Below, piece after piece: positions 19,188 through 27,733 of a stretch of 64,000 nucleotides of DNA. This DNA comes from an uncultured Candidatus Rokubacteria bacterium (GTDB lineage Bacteria; Methylomirabilota; Methylomirabilia; Rokubacteriales; CSP1-6). Location: contig CAWBMV010000006.1 in NCBI GenBank assembly GCA_963789955.1, positions 1-64,000 of the forward strand. The letters are read 5' to 3'. The position numbers and the translations under genes were made by a program. The notes beneath the pieces were generated by a model. It searched no databases and was not told where the DNA came from. It worked only from the letters and a program-made list of their open reading frames with translations. How positions within the stretch are numbered: position 1 is the stretch's first letter; each line of letters begins with the position of its first letter.

Positions 19188-19466
19188 TCACATCGAGGAC
19201 GTCTGGGAGCTCGAAGGAGGAGAACGAAGCAACGACGCCAGATAGGCGGAAGGCGCAGCACGCGAAACCGCAACGGTGTGATTGACTCGCGAGTCGGCCG
19301 ACGGGTCGGTGCCAGTTGTCAGGAGGGGGCCGACGACGAGGGCGCCGTCGAACTGTTCGGTATCAGGGATGCCGTCGGCGGCGACCAGCAGAAGGCAGAC
19401 TAGCCCGGTCCACGCGAATAGCGCCCCGACACTTCGACCCCCGGTTGCGAGACCCGACAGCACCAA
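19188..19466 (-). CDS. Small leader-type protein with hydrophobic N-terminus and C-terminal RSPP motif (DUF2946-like layout)
   Basis: ALFAWTGLVCLLLVAA...LASLLRSPPSS. Ends 33 bp before the secreted-protein gene. Confidence 0.45.
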   Translation of the reverse strand: MVLSGLATGGRSVGALFAWTGLVCLLLVAADGIPDTEQFDGALVVGPLLTTGTDPSADSRVNHTVAVSRAAPSAYLASLLRSPPSSSQTSSM

Positions 19467-19469
19467 TGG

Positions 19470-19655
19470 TTAGAGCGCCGGCACGCCGATCTTCGATGAG
19501 GTCACGAAACCATCGCGATGGCGGAGAGACTCCAGCACCAAGGTGTGGTGGTGCGCGCAAATGCCATGCGTTAGCTCCGGGTTGTCGAGCGGCTCGCGCT
19601 CACCCATGTAGCCGGGCTGGCCCTCGCCGCAACACCAGGCACACAAGATCTTCAT
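19470..19655 (-). CDS. Small CAWC...THGICxxH putative zinc-binding protein (short paralogue of 35110..35559)
   Basis: MKILCAWCCGEGQPGYMGEREPLDNPELTHGICAHH closely matches the N-terminus of the 35.1-kb gene. Confidence 0.6.
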   Translation of the reverse strand: MKILCAWCCGEGQPGYMGEREPLDNPELTHGICAHHHTLVLESLRHRDGFVTSSKIGVPAL

Positions 19656-19671
19656 CCGGGCGCGACAGGGT

Positions 19672-19687
19672 AGCGAAAGCGATGCCA
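19672..19687 (-). promoter_or_regulatory. sigma54 promoter
   Basis: TGGCATCGCTTTCGCT (GG-N10-GC), with 17 nt between the -12 GC and the ATG. Confidence 0.65.
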
Positions 19688-19786
19688 CCTGGATCCCAGG
19701 CTGCTGCCGAGAGCCTAAAGCCGTGCGGTGAGTGATGTTTCGTGCGATCGGGCCCGACGCTCACCGGTCATCTGACATCCGCCGAT

Positions 19787-19803
19787 TCGGGTGAAACGCC
19801 CGA
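19787..19803. promoter_or_regulatory. 7-3-7 dyad, putative enhancer
   Basis: TCGGGTG-AAA-CGCCCGA. A conserved copy lies at 35687-35703. Confidence 0.5.
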
Positions 19804-19832
19804 CTCCCTGCAGATCGGTGCCCGACGCGCGT

Positions 19833-20790
19833 TCAAACGCCCTTGAGGAACTCGAGCATCGCGTCGTTCACCTCGCGCGCCCGCTCTTGCTGCGTCCAGT
19901 GCCCGCACCCCGGCAGCGTCGTCCGCCGAACCTGAGGCACGAACTTCGACAAATTCGCCAGGAGCTGATCCATCCCGGGAAACCGCACAACGAGATCGCG
20001 GTCCCCGACGACATAGAGCGCGGGGACCCTGACGACCGCGCCCGCGAACGGCGCCAGCAGCTCCCAGTTACGATCGATGTTGCGGTACCAGTTGAGCCCG
20101 CCGCGAAAACCGGTCCGCCCGAACTCGCCCGGCATAGAAGTCGATGTCGGCAGCAGTCAGCCACGGCGGCAGCGTCTCCGGATCGGTCATGTGATCGAGA
20201 AAGCCGCCGCCCCGAGGCACCATGGCAACGTTCTCACGTGCCGGCGCGTCGCCCGAGCCGGAGTACGCGAGCCGGCGCATCGTCGCGCGCACGTCGCGCT
20301 CGAGCTCCGCTTCCGCCACTCCCGGAGTCTGGAAGTAGAGCTGATAGAAGATTGCCTCGTCGGTCTTCGGCATCATCGTCGTCGGGCGCACGGAGCCACG
20401 CGGCCGGAACGGCACGCTGAGACCGATCACGCCGCGGAAGACGTCGGGCCGCAGGAGCGCGGCGTGCCAGGCCACCGGCGCGCCCCAGTCGTGCCCGGCG
20501 ATCACCGCCGATTTCTCGCCGAGCGCGCTGACCAGGCCCACCATATCGCCGACGAGGTGCAAGAGCGTGTAGGCCTCGACCTCCGCCGGCGCGTCGGTCT
20601 GGCCGTAGCCGCGCATGTCAGGCGCGACCGCGTGGAAGCCGGCCGCGGCCAGGGCGGCGAGCTGGTGGCGCCAGGAGTACCAGGATTCCGGGAAGCCGTG
20701 ACAGAGGATCACGAGCGGGCCGGCGCCCTGCTCGGCCACGTGCATGCGGATGCCGTTCGTCTCGACGGTGCGGTGCGTGACCTCGCTCAT
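19833..20790 (-). CDS. Alpha/beta hydrolase, epoxide hydrolase (EphA-like); frameshift near 20133
   Basis: HGFPESWYSWRHQ, AGHDWGAPVAW (Asp nucleophile), FYQLYF, GLNWYRN, GCGHWTQQE. Confidence 0.88.
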
Positions 20791-22154
20791 GGCTGGTTGC
20801 CTTCCTTTGGCCTGGACATCATGGCCCGTACGCGCTGCACCAGATCCGGATCCTGATAGACGCTGCGCGGCTTCAGCAGATGCTGCACCTCTGACGTGAG
20901 CCGGTGAACGGCCGGGTCGCGAGCGGCGAGCTTGCCGAGGGCGGCTCCGAACTTCAAGGTCTGCTCGAAGTCGGCCGGCCGCTCGCCACGGGTGTCCGGG
21001 TGAACGAAGTCCGGAATCGCCGCGGCCGCCCACGGCGTGTCGATGATTCGCGCGACTTCCGCGAAATAGGCGGGCGCCAGCTCGCCGAGCGGATCGCGCT
21101 CGCGCGCGCGGGCCGCGAGGAGTCGCCCGAGGGCGACGGCCTCCAGCGCGGCCACGCTCATGCCCTGACCGTAGATCGGATTGAAGCGGCAGATCGCGTC
21201 GCCGATCGGCAGGACGCCGCGCGGGAAGCTCTCTACGCTCGGATAGTGGCGGAGCACGCTCTCGTTGAAGCGGAAGCGCGCGATGTCGCCCAGACGCTTC
21301 GCGTGCTTGATCGCGTTGTAGATGGTCGGCGCCCGCAATCCCTTCGCGTACTCCATGAACCCCGCCTCGTCGCCGGGAGGAATGTCACCGTGACGGCCCC
21401 CGACGGTGGCGATCCAGCGCTGGCCCTCGAGCGGCAGCATGAGCGATCCCCGGCTGGCCCGGCCGATGCCCGGGAAGCAGAACACGCCCTTCCAGTCTTT
21501 TGGCGCATCGTCGGGAATCGCGAACACGGCGGAGGCATAGGCGAGATCGACGCCGATCGTCGTCTCGGCGGGCGGTACCCGGCCGAGTGCGGCGAGCGCG
21601 TCGAGCGTGAGCATGCCGCGGCCGGAGGCGTCGATCACCAGATCGGCGTCGACGGATTCGGGTCGTCCCGACGCATCGGTATAGCGCACTCCGGTCACCG
21701 CGGCGCGGTCGGCCCGGTGCACGAGCTCCTGCACGCGGCACCCCTGTCGCAGCTCGATCGACGGCAGCTCCTGAACCCGCCGGCGGACCGTCAGCTCGAC
21801 GAGAGGCCTCGACATCGCAAAGGCGTCGAAGCCGAGATCGCGCTGCGGGAAGGGGTCGAAGCCCGGGCGCTCGACCCGCATGTCGAGCCCGACGCGGAAC
21901 CGGACCGCGCCGGCGCTCGAGAGACTGTCTTCGAACCCAGGAAAGAGCTCGGCGAGCGCGCGCTGTCCGCCGGCGAGCAGCGCGTGCACGTGCCTACCCT
22001 GTGGCACACCGTGGCGGTCGAGGGGATCGGCAGGCAGCACGTCGCCCTCCAGCACCAGCACCCGTTCGAAGTGGTCCGCGAGCGCCCGGGCCGCGGTGAG
22101 CCCGCCCATCCCGGCACCGATGACCACCGCTTGCTGTCCGATGAAGCTCGACAT
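20787..22154 (-). CDS. FAD-dependent oxidoreductase/monooxygenase
   Basis: VIGAGMGG, PQGRHVH, ADLVIDASGR, GDAICRFNPIYGQGMS. Confidence 0.85.
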   Translation of the reverse strand: MSSFIGQQAVVIGAGMGGLTAARALADHFERVLVLEGDVLPADPLDRHGVPQGRHVHALLAGGQRALAELFPGFEDSLSSAGAVRFRVGLDMRVERPGFDPFPQRDLGFDAFAMSRPLVELTVRRRVQELPSIELRQGCRVQELVHRADRAAVTGVRYTDASGRPESVDADLVIDASGRGMLTLDALAALGRVPPAETTIGVDLAYASAVFAIPDDAPKDWKGVFCFPGIGRASRGSLMLPLEGQRWIATVGGRHGDIPPGDEAGFMEYAKGLRAPTIYNAIKHAKRLGDIARFRFNESVLRHYPSVESFPRGVLPIGDAICRFNPIYGQGMSVAALEAVALGRLLAARARERDPLGELAPAYFAEVARIIDTPWAAAAIPDFVHPDTRGERPADFEQTLKFGAALGKLAARDPAVHRLTSEVQHLLKPRSVYQDPDLVQRVRAMMSRPKEGNQP

Positions 22155-23279
22155 CACTCACCTCCGTCCGCCCGGGCTCGGAGCCCAAGCCGCTCGAGCC
22201 GAGGCAGCACTTCCGCCGCGAAATACGGTAGCTCTCTGAGATAGTCCACGAAGTTGATGGCCAGGCCGTCCAGCCCCGCCGCCCGAAGCCGCGAGAACTC
22301 CCGTCACGACAGCATCAGGATCACCCACGACGCAGTAGGACCCCCGCGCCGAGCGCTCGTCGCGCGAGCGGATTGTGCGCGCTGTGCACCAGGCGCTGGG
22401 GATCGTTTTCGTCGGCGGCTCTCCTTCGCATGCATGTCGGCCAGATGGCCGATCGCGCCCCAGTCGGCGTGATCGACGACGTACTGCAGATAGTCATCGG
22501 CCTCCTGCTGGGTAGGACGGCAGACGATACCCACGGGCGTCCAGACCTGGATGTCACGGCCGCGCTCGCGCGCCAGCCGCTTGGTCTCGGCGATGCGCGC
22601 GGTGCTGGCTTCGGGTGTTTCGACCGCATCGAAGTGCATGTCCGAGTGGCGGATCGCGAACCGGCGACCCGCGTCGGAGCTGCCGGCGTTCATCATCAGC
22701 GGGTCCGCGCTCCCGAAGGGCCGCGGCGAGCCTTCCACGCCGTGGAGCTGGTAGTAGCTCCCGTCGTAGTCGAAGCGGCGCTTCGCCGGCCCAGATCCGC
22801 TTGACGATGCTCCACCATTCTTCGCCCTGCGCGTAGCGGTCGTCGTGCTCCTTCTTGGTGACCCCGAACATCTGGAACTCGTCCTCGTTCCAGCCACAGA
22901 CGATGTTCACGCCGAGGCGCCCCTGGCCGATGTGGTCCGCGGTGGCCATCTGCTTGGCGCGCCACGAGCGGATGGTGCAGGGGCACGTGGACCGTGCAGA
23001 ACACGTGGAGGCGACGGGTGGCCGCCAGCAGGCCACACGCCCAGGCGATCGATTCGAAGCTGGAGCCGTTGGGGTTGGACGTCGCCGCCGTAGCCCTTCC
23101 AGCGCGCGATCGGCACCATGCACTCGATCCCGATCTCGTCCGCCATCTGCGCCAGCCTGAGGTTGTTCTCCCAGCTGGCCTCCCAGCGCTCGGGGAGCGT
23201 CGGCGTAGGTTCTCCCGCTCGAGCAATTCGCGCCGAAGAGTCCGAGTTGAAGGCGGTTACTGCCCATGAAGGGGAGCAT
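22154..23279 (-). CDS. LLM class (luciferase-like) flavin-dependent monooxygenase (multiple frameshifts)
   Basis: LGLFGANCSSG, PIARWKGYGG, AKQMATADHIGQGRLGVNIVCGW, MNAGSS, ELPYFAAEVLP. Confidence 0.8.
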
Positions 23280-23490
23280 AGCCTTTCTGCTGGCCTGGCA
23301 TCGATGAAGACCTGCGTAGCTTGGACTGCTCCGCGGCGCACCGGCCCCGCGAGGCCCCGGCGGCCGTCCCGAGCGTGCGCATCTGATCCAGCGACACCGT
23401 CAGTGTCCATGATTCGCAGCATTGACCCGTGGGGATGCCGCTGCCTAGCTTTCCCTCATGGCAATCGTCGTCGCGTGGGCGAATTGAGGG

Positions 23491-23904
23491 ATGCCTACAG
23501 TTCGTCGGATCGGTCCGTATCGCATCTACTTCGTGAGCCACGACCTGAACGAGCCGCCGCACGTCCACGTAGACCGTGATGATGACTCAGCGAAGTTCTG
23601 GTTGGCCCCGGTGGCGCTGGCGAGTAACCTTGGATTCACGACGGTTGAGTTGCGCCGCATCCAGAAACTCGTCGTTGAGCACGAGCCACAACTGCTGGAG
23701 GCTTGGAATGAAAACTTCGGAGGGTCGCCCGGGCGAGCGTGTGAGGGGTGTTCGGTTTACCGAGGACGATCTGATCGTCGATCTCCTGGACGGGCGCACC
23801 ATTTCGGTACCGCTCGTCTGGTTTCCGCGTCTCCTGTCAGCAACCCCCGAGCAGCGCGCCAACTGGCGTGTGGCCGGCGGCGGATTCGGTATCCACTGGC
23901 CTGA
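23491..23904 (+). CDS. DUF4160 family protein (putative toxin of a DUF4160/DUF2442 pair); C-terminus extended
   Basis: MPTVRRIGPYRIYFVSHDLNEPPHVHV...AKFWL...LLEAWNE. Confidence 0.75.
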   Translation: MPTVRRIGPYRIYFVSHDLNEPPHVHVDRDDDSAKFWLAPVALASNLGFTTVELRRIQKLVVEHEPQLLEAWNENFGGSPGRACEGCSVYRGRSDRRSPGRAHHFGTARLVSASPVSNPRAARQLACGRRRIRYPLA

Positions 23905-23995
23905 CGTTGATGAGGACTTGAGTACAGAGGGCCTGCTCCGCGGTGCGCCGGCCCCGCGAGGCTCCGCGTCGACCGGTCGAACAGCCGGGGGCTGA
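23708..23995 (+). CDS. DUF2442 family protein (putative antitoxin)
   Basis: VDLLDGRTISVPLVWFPRL...ATPEQR...GIHWPDVDEDLS. Confidence 0.8.
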   Translation: MKTSEGRPGERVRGVRFTEDDLIVDLLDGRTISVPLVWFPRLLSATPEQRANWRVAGGGFGIHWPDVDEDLSTEGLLRGAPAPRGSASTGRTAGG

Positions 23996-24009
23996 TCGGG
24001 TCGCGTCCG

Positions 24010-24843
24010 TTAAGTTTGCCGCCGCAGGCGCGGGTCGAGCAGATCCCGCAGACCATCCCCGAGAAAGTTGATCCCCAGTACCGTGAAAAGAATCGCGAGC
24101 CCCGGGAAGACCGCGATCCACCCCGCCACCGTCAAATAGTCGCGCCCCTCGGCGAGCATCCGGCCCCACGTCGGCGTCGGCGGCGGCACGCCCAGGCCGA
24201 GGAACGAGAGCGCCGACTCCATCAGGATGATCCGCGCCACCTCGAGTGTCCAGATCACCATGACCGGTGCCAGCACGTTGGGGAGAACGTGACGAGCGAT
24301 GATTCTTGTGTCGTGCGCTCCGAGCGCCCGGGCCGCCTGGACGAACTCACGTTCGCGCAGCCCGAGGCTCAGCCCGCGTACCACGCGGGCATAGATCATC
24401 CACGTGGTGATCGCCATCACGATCACGAGATTCTTCAGATTGGCGCCGAGCAGCGCCACCACGGCCAGCGCTAACAAGATAAGGGGAAAGGCCAGGTTCA
24501 GGTCCGCCAGGCGCATGATGATCGTATCGACCCGCCCGCCGCGGTATCCCGCCACCAGCCCCGCGATCACCCCCACCACGGCCCCCAGGAACGCCGCCAG
24601 CACACTGATCGTCAGCGAGATCCGGGCGCCGTAGATCAGACGGGAATAGACGTCTCGCCCGAGATGGTCGGTGCCCAGCGGGTGACGGAGTGAGCCGTCC
24701 TCCGCCCAGAACGGCGGCTTGAGCGCCACCGTCAGGTCCTGATCGATCGGATCAGTGGTGGCCAGCAGCGGCGCGGCCAGTGCGGCCAAAATGACCAGGC
24801 CGACAATCAGTGCGCCGGCGCTGGCCAGGGGGCTGCGCCGCAC
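24010..24843 (-). CDS. Peptide/nickel ABC permease (DppC/OppC family)
   Basis: HPLGTDHLGRD, EAA-loop FVQAARALGA, ESALSFLGLG, GDGLRDLLDPR. Confidence 0.88.
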   Translation of the reverse strand: MRRSPLASAGALIVGLVILAALAAPLLATTDPIDQDLTVALKPPFWAEDGSLRHPLGTDHLGRDVYSRLIYGARISLTISVLAAFLGAVVGVIAGLVAGYRGGRVDTIIMRLADLNLAFPLILLALAVVALLGANLKNLVIVMAITTWMIYARVVRGLSLGLREREFVQAARALGAHDTRIIARHVLPNVLAPVMVIWTLEVARIILMESALSFLGLGVPPPTPTWGRMLAEGRDYLTVAGWIAVFPGLAILFTVLGINFLGDGLRDLLDPRLRRQT

Positions 24844-24864
24844 GAGCCGGATCGAGGGATTCAG

Positions 24865-25782
24865 CTACGTCACCCGGATTCGCGGATCGAGCCAGAAGTA
24901 GAGCAGGTCCACGGTCAGGTTGATCAAGACCACTGCGGTGGCCAGGATGAACACCGAAGCCTGGACCACCGGATAGTCGCGGTTGAGGATCGCCTGGATC
25001 GTGAACAGCCCGACTCCCGGCCAGGTGAAGATCGTCTCGATCACCACGGCCCCGCCGAGGATGTACCCGAACTGCAGGCCGACGACCGTGACCAGCGGGA
25101 TCAGCGCGTTGGGCAGGGCGTGGCGGCTCGTCACGTACAGCTCGCGCAGCCCTTTCGCGCGAGCCGTGCGCACGTAGTCCTCGGAAAGCATCTCGATCAT
25201 GGTCGAGCGCACCAGGCGGGTCAGCAGCGCCATCAGGTTGATCGCGATGGCAGCCGCCGGCATCACGACGTGCAGCACGCCGCCACGCCCGGACGTGGGC
25301 AGGAGTCCCCACGAGACCGCGAAGAGCAGGATCATCATGATCGCCAGCCAGAAGTTCGGAACGGACTGGCCGACTAGCGCCACACCCATCGCCAGCAGAT
25401 CGACGGGGCCTCCGCGGTGGGTGGCCGCGAGCACGCCAAGCGGCACCGCCAGGACGATGGCGAGCAGCATCGCCGTCACGGTGAGCTGAAGGGTGGCGGG
25501 AAGTCGCGCCGCGATCAACGGCAGCGACTGCTGGCCGTGCCGCAACGAGACGCCGAAGTCGCCGTGGACCGCGCGCTTCAGGAACCGCCAGTACTGAACG
25601 AACAGCGGATCGTCGAAGCCCCACTCGGCCCGGAACTTCTCGATCTGCGTCGCCGTCGCGCCCGGCGGCAGCATGATCTCGGCGGGATCCCCGGTCAGGA
25701 ACGTCAGGAAGAACGAGACGACGGACACTCCAAGGATCACTAGGACCGCGGTCGCCAGCCGGCCGGCGATGTAGGCCCGCAC
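24865..25782 (-). CDS. Peptide/nickel ABC permease (DppB/OppB family)
   Basis: GDPA, GDFGVS, YVRTARAKGL, ETIFTWPGVG, DPRI. Confidence 0.9.
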   Translation of the reverse strand: MRAYIAGRLATAVLVILGVSVVSFFLTFLTGDPAEIMLPPGATATQIEKFRAEWGFDDPLFVQYWRFLKRAVHGDFGVSLRHGQQSLPLIAARLPATLQLTVTAMLLAIVLAVPLGVLAATHRGGPVDLLAMGVALVGQSVPNFWLAIMMILLFAVSWGLLPTSGRGGVLHVVMPAAAIAINLMALLTRLVRSTMIEMLSEDYVRTARAKGLRELYVTSRHALPNALIPLVTVVGLQFGYILGGAVVIETIFTWPGVGLFTIQAILNRDYPVVQASVFILATAVVLINLTVDLLYFWLDPRIRVT

Positions 25783-25794
25783 CTCAGGAAGCTC

Positions 25795-27333
25795 TTACCC
25801 CTTCAGCAGGAGCGGATAGAGCCACTGGGTCTCGTCGGGGCGTGGCGTGTAGTCCACTCGGGCGCTCATCCCGAATGCGGCGTCGGCCTGGTAGAGAAAG
25901 ATGAACGGTGCCTCGTCCTTGATCAGCTTCTGCACGTCGCTGTACTGGGGCGCGCGCTTCTTGGGATCGTCGGTCGCCTCGATCCGGGTCAGCATCTCGT
26001 CGAGCCTGGCGTTCTTGTAGTGCATGCCGAGGCCGCCTTGCGTCATCCAGCGGATCACCCAGGAAGGCTCGAGGTAGGCATCGCCGATGCTGTAGATGAA
26101 CAGCGGCGCGGTCTTGTTCTGGACCCGGCGCGGGCCGAAGGCGGAGAACTCGAAGACGTTGGACTTCACCTTGATCCCGACTTTCTGGAGATAGCCCACG
26201 ATCGCCTCGGCCGGCTTGGAATGATCGGCGATGCTGCCGGTGAAGCTGTCGAACTCGACCTCGAAGCCGTTCGGGAAGCCGGCCTCGGCCAGCAAGGCCT
26301 TCGCCTTGTTCGGGTCGTACGGGTAGGGCTGCACGCTCGGGTCGTAGCCCAAGGCACCCTTGTCGACGACCGTGGCCAGGCGGGTGCCGTGGCCGAAATA
26401 GAGGGTCTTGAGGATCGCGTTGACGTCGACCGCGTAGTTCAGCGCCTGGCGCACCTTGACGTTGTCGAAGGGCGGTTTGCGCACGTCGATCGTCACGTGG
26501 AAGATGCGCGGCGCGGCGATCGTCTTGATCACGAGCTTGTCGTTCTTCTGGAGCTCGGCGATGCGCACGTGCGGAACCGGCGCGATCAGATCGACCTCGC
26601 CGGCCTGCAGGGCGGCGACCCGCGCGGCATCCTCGAGGATCGGCCGCACGACGATCGTCTTCACCTTCGGCGCGCCGCGCCAGTAGCTCTCGTTCGCCTC
26701 GAGCACGAGCCGCTCGTTCTTCGCCCATGTGACCAGCTTGAACGGGCCGGTCCCATTGGGCTTGATGGCGATCGCCTCCTTGCCCGCTGTGTTGGTGTGC
26801 TTGGGCGAGAGCATCAGCCCGAACAGCTCGCCCAGACGCACCGGCAGGAGGAAGTCCGGCGTCTTGGTGGTGACGTTCACGGTGTAGGGGTCCACGATCT
26901 CGGTCCCGGCGATCGTGCTGAGCTCGGAGCTGATGGTGGCCTTCGTTTCTGGATTCGTGGCGCGGTCGAGGGTGAACTTGACGCACTCGGCGTTGAAATC
27001 GTCACCGTTGTGGAACTTCACACCCTTGCGCAACGTGAACTGCCAGGTCGTCGCGTTCACGCGCTTCCACGTCTCGGCGAGGCCGGGCACCAGGTTGCCC
27101 TGGACGTCGCGGGCCGTCAGGCCGTCGTACACGTTGGCGATGAAGATCTGCGTGTTGCGCCCGACGGTCAGGTGCGGGTCGAAGGTGTTCGGCTCGGCCG
27201 CGAGCCCGATCTTGGCCTCGCCGGTCGGCGCGGCGGATACCGGAGCGCCGGCGCGCAGTCCTGACACCGCGGCGGTGAGGCCCAGAACGCGCAGCGCGGT
27301 GCGCCGGGTCATCGGTCGCTTCTCGTTCGACAT
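25795..27333 (-). CDS. ABC substrate-binding protein family 5, Tat signal
   Basis: TRRTAL signal, PGLAETW, LRKGVKFHNG, GTGPFK, VRQALNYAVD. Confidence 0.9.
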   Translation of the reverse strand: MSNEKRPMTRRTALRVLGLTAAVSGLRAGAPVSAAPTGEAKIGLAAEPNTFDPHLTVGRNTQIFIANVYDGLTARDVQGNLVPGLAETWKRVNATTWQFTLRKGVKFHNGDDFNAECVKFTLDRATNPETKATISSELSTIAGTEIVDPYTVNVTTKTPDFLLPVRLGELFGLMLSPKHTNTAGKEAIAIKPNGTGPFKLVTWAKNERLVLEANESYWRGAPKVKTIVVRPILEDAARVAALQAGEVDLIAPVPHVRIAELQKNDKLVIKTIAAPRIFHVTIDVRKPPFDNVKVRQALNYAVDVNAILKTLYFGHGTRLATVVDKGALGYDPSVQPYPYDPNKAKALLAEAGFPNGFEVEFDSFTGSIADHSKPAEAIVGYLQKVGIKVKSNVFEFSAFGPRRVQNKTAPLFIYSIGDAYLEPSWVIRWMTQGGLGMHYKNARLDEMLTRIEATDDPKKRAPQYSDVQKLIKDEAPFIFLYQADAAFGMSARVDYTPRPDETQWLYPLLLKG

Positions 27334-27354
27334 GATCGCTCCTCGCCGGCCGCC

Positions 27355-27684
27355 TCAGGCGCCGGTCTGCCGGCCCTTGACCTCGACGATGACATTGCGG
27401 AACGTCTTCGTCCCGATATTGCGCAGCGCGTGCCGCAGGGTGCCCTGGTTCCAGCGCATGATCGCGCCCGGCTTCACCTCGATCCGATCCACGGTGCCGT
27501 CGGCGTTCGGGCGCTCGACGAGGTCGCCCTCGACGACGACCGTCGTGTAGTCGAGATAGTGGGTGTGCCACCCGGCGGTCTCGCCCGGCGCCAGCTCGAT
27601 CCGCCAGACCCTCACGCTGTCGTCCTCGTACACGAGCTCGGTGCCGATCGGGTTGCCCTTTGGATCAGCGGCTTCGTTCGCCAT
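27355..27684 (-). CDS. Cupin domain protein
   Basis: GGAGG-like RBS, LAPGETAGWHTH, HALRNIG. Confidence 0.75.
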   Translation of the reverse strand: MANEAADPKGNPIGTELVYEDDSVRVWRIELAPGETAGWHTHYLDYTTVVVEGDLVERPNADGTVDRIEVKPGAIMRWNQGTLRHALRNIGTKTFRNVIVEVKGRQTGA

Positions 27685-27733
27685 GGCTCCTCCCCGGGGC
27701 GAAAGTAGCACAGAGCGCGTATCATGGGCCGCC

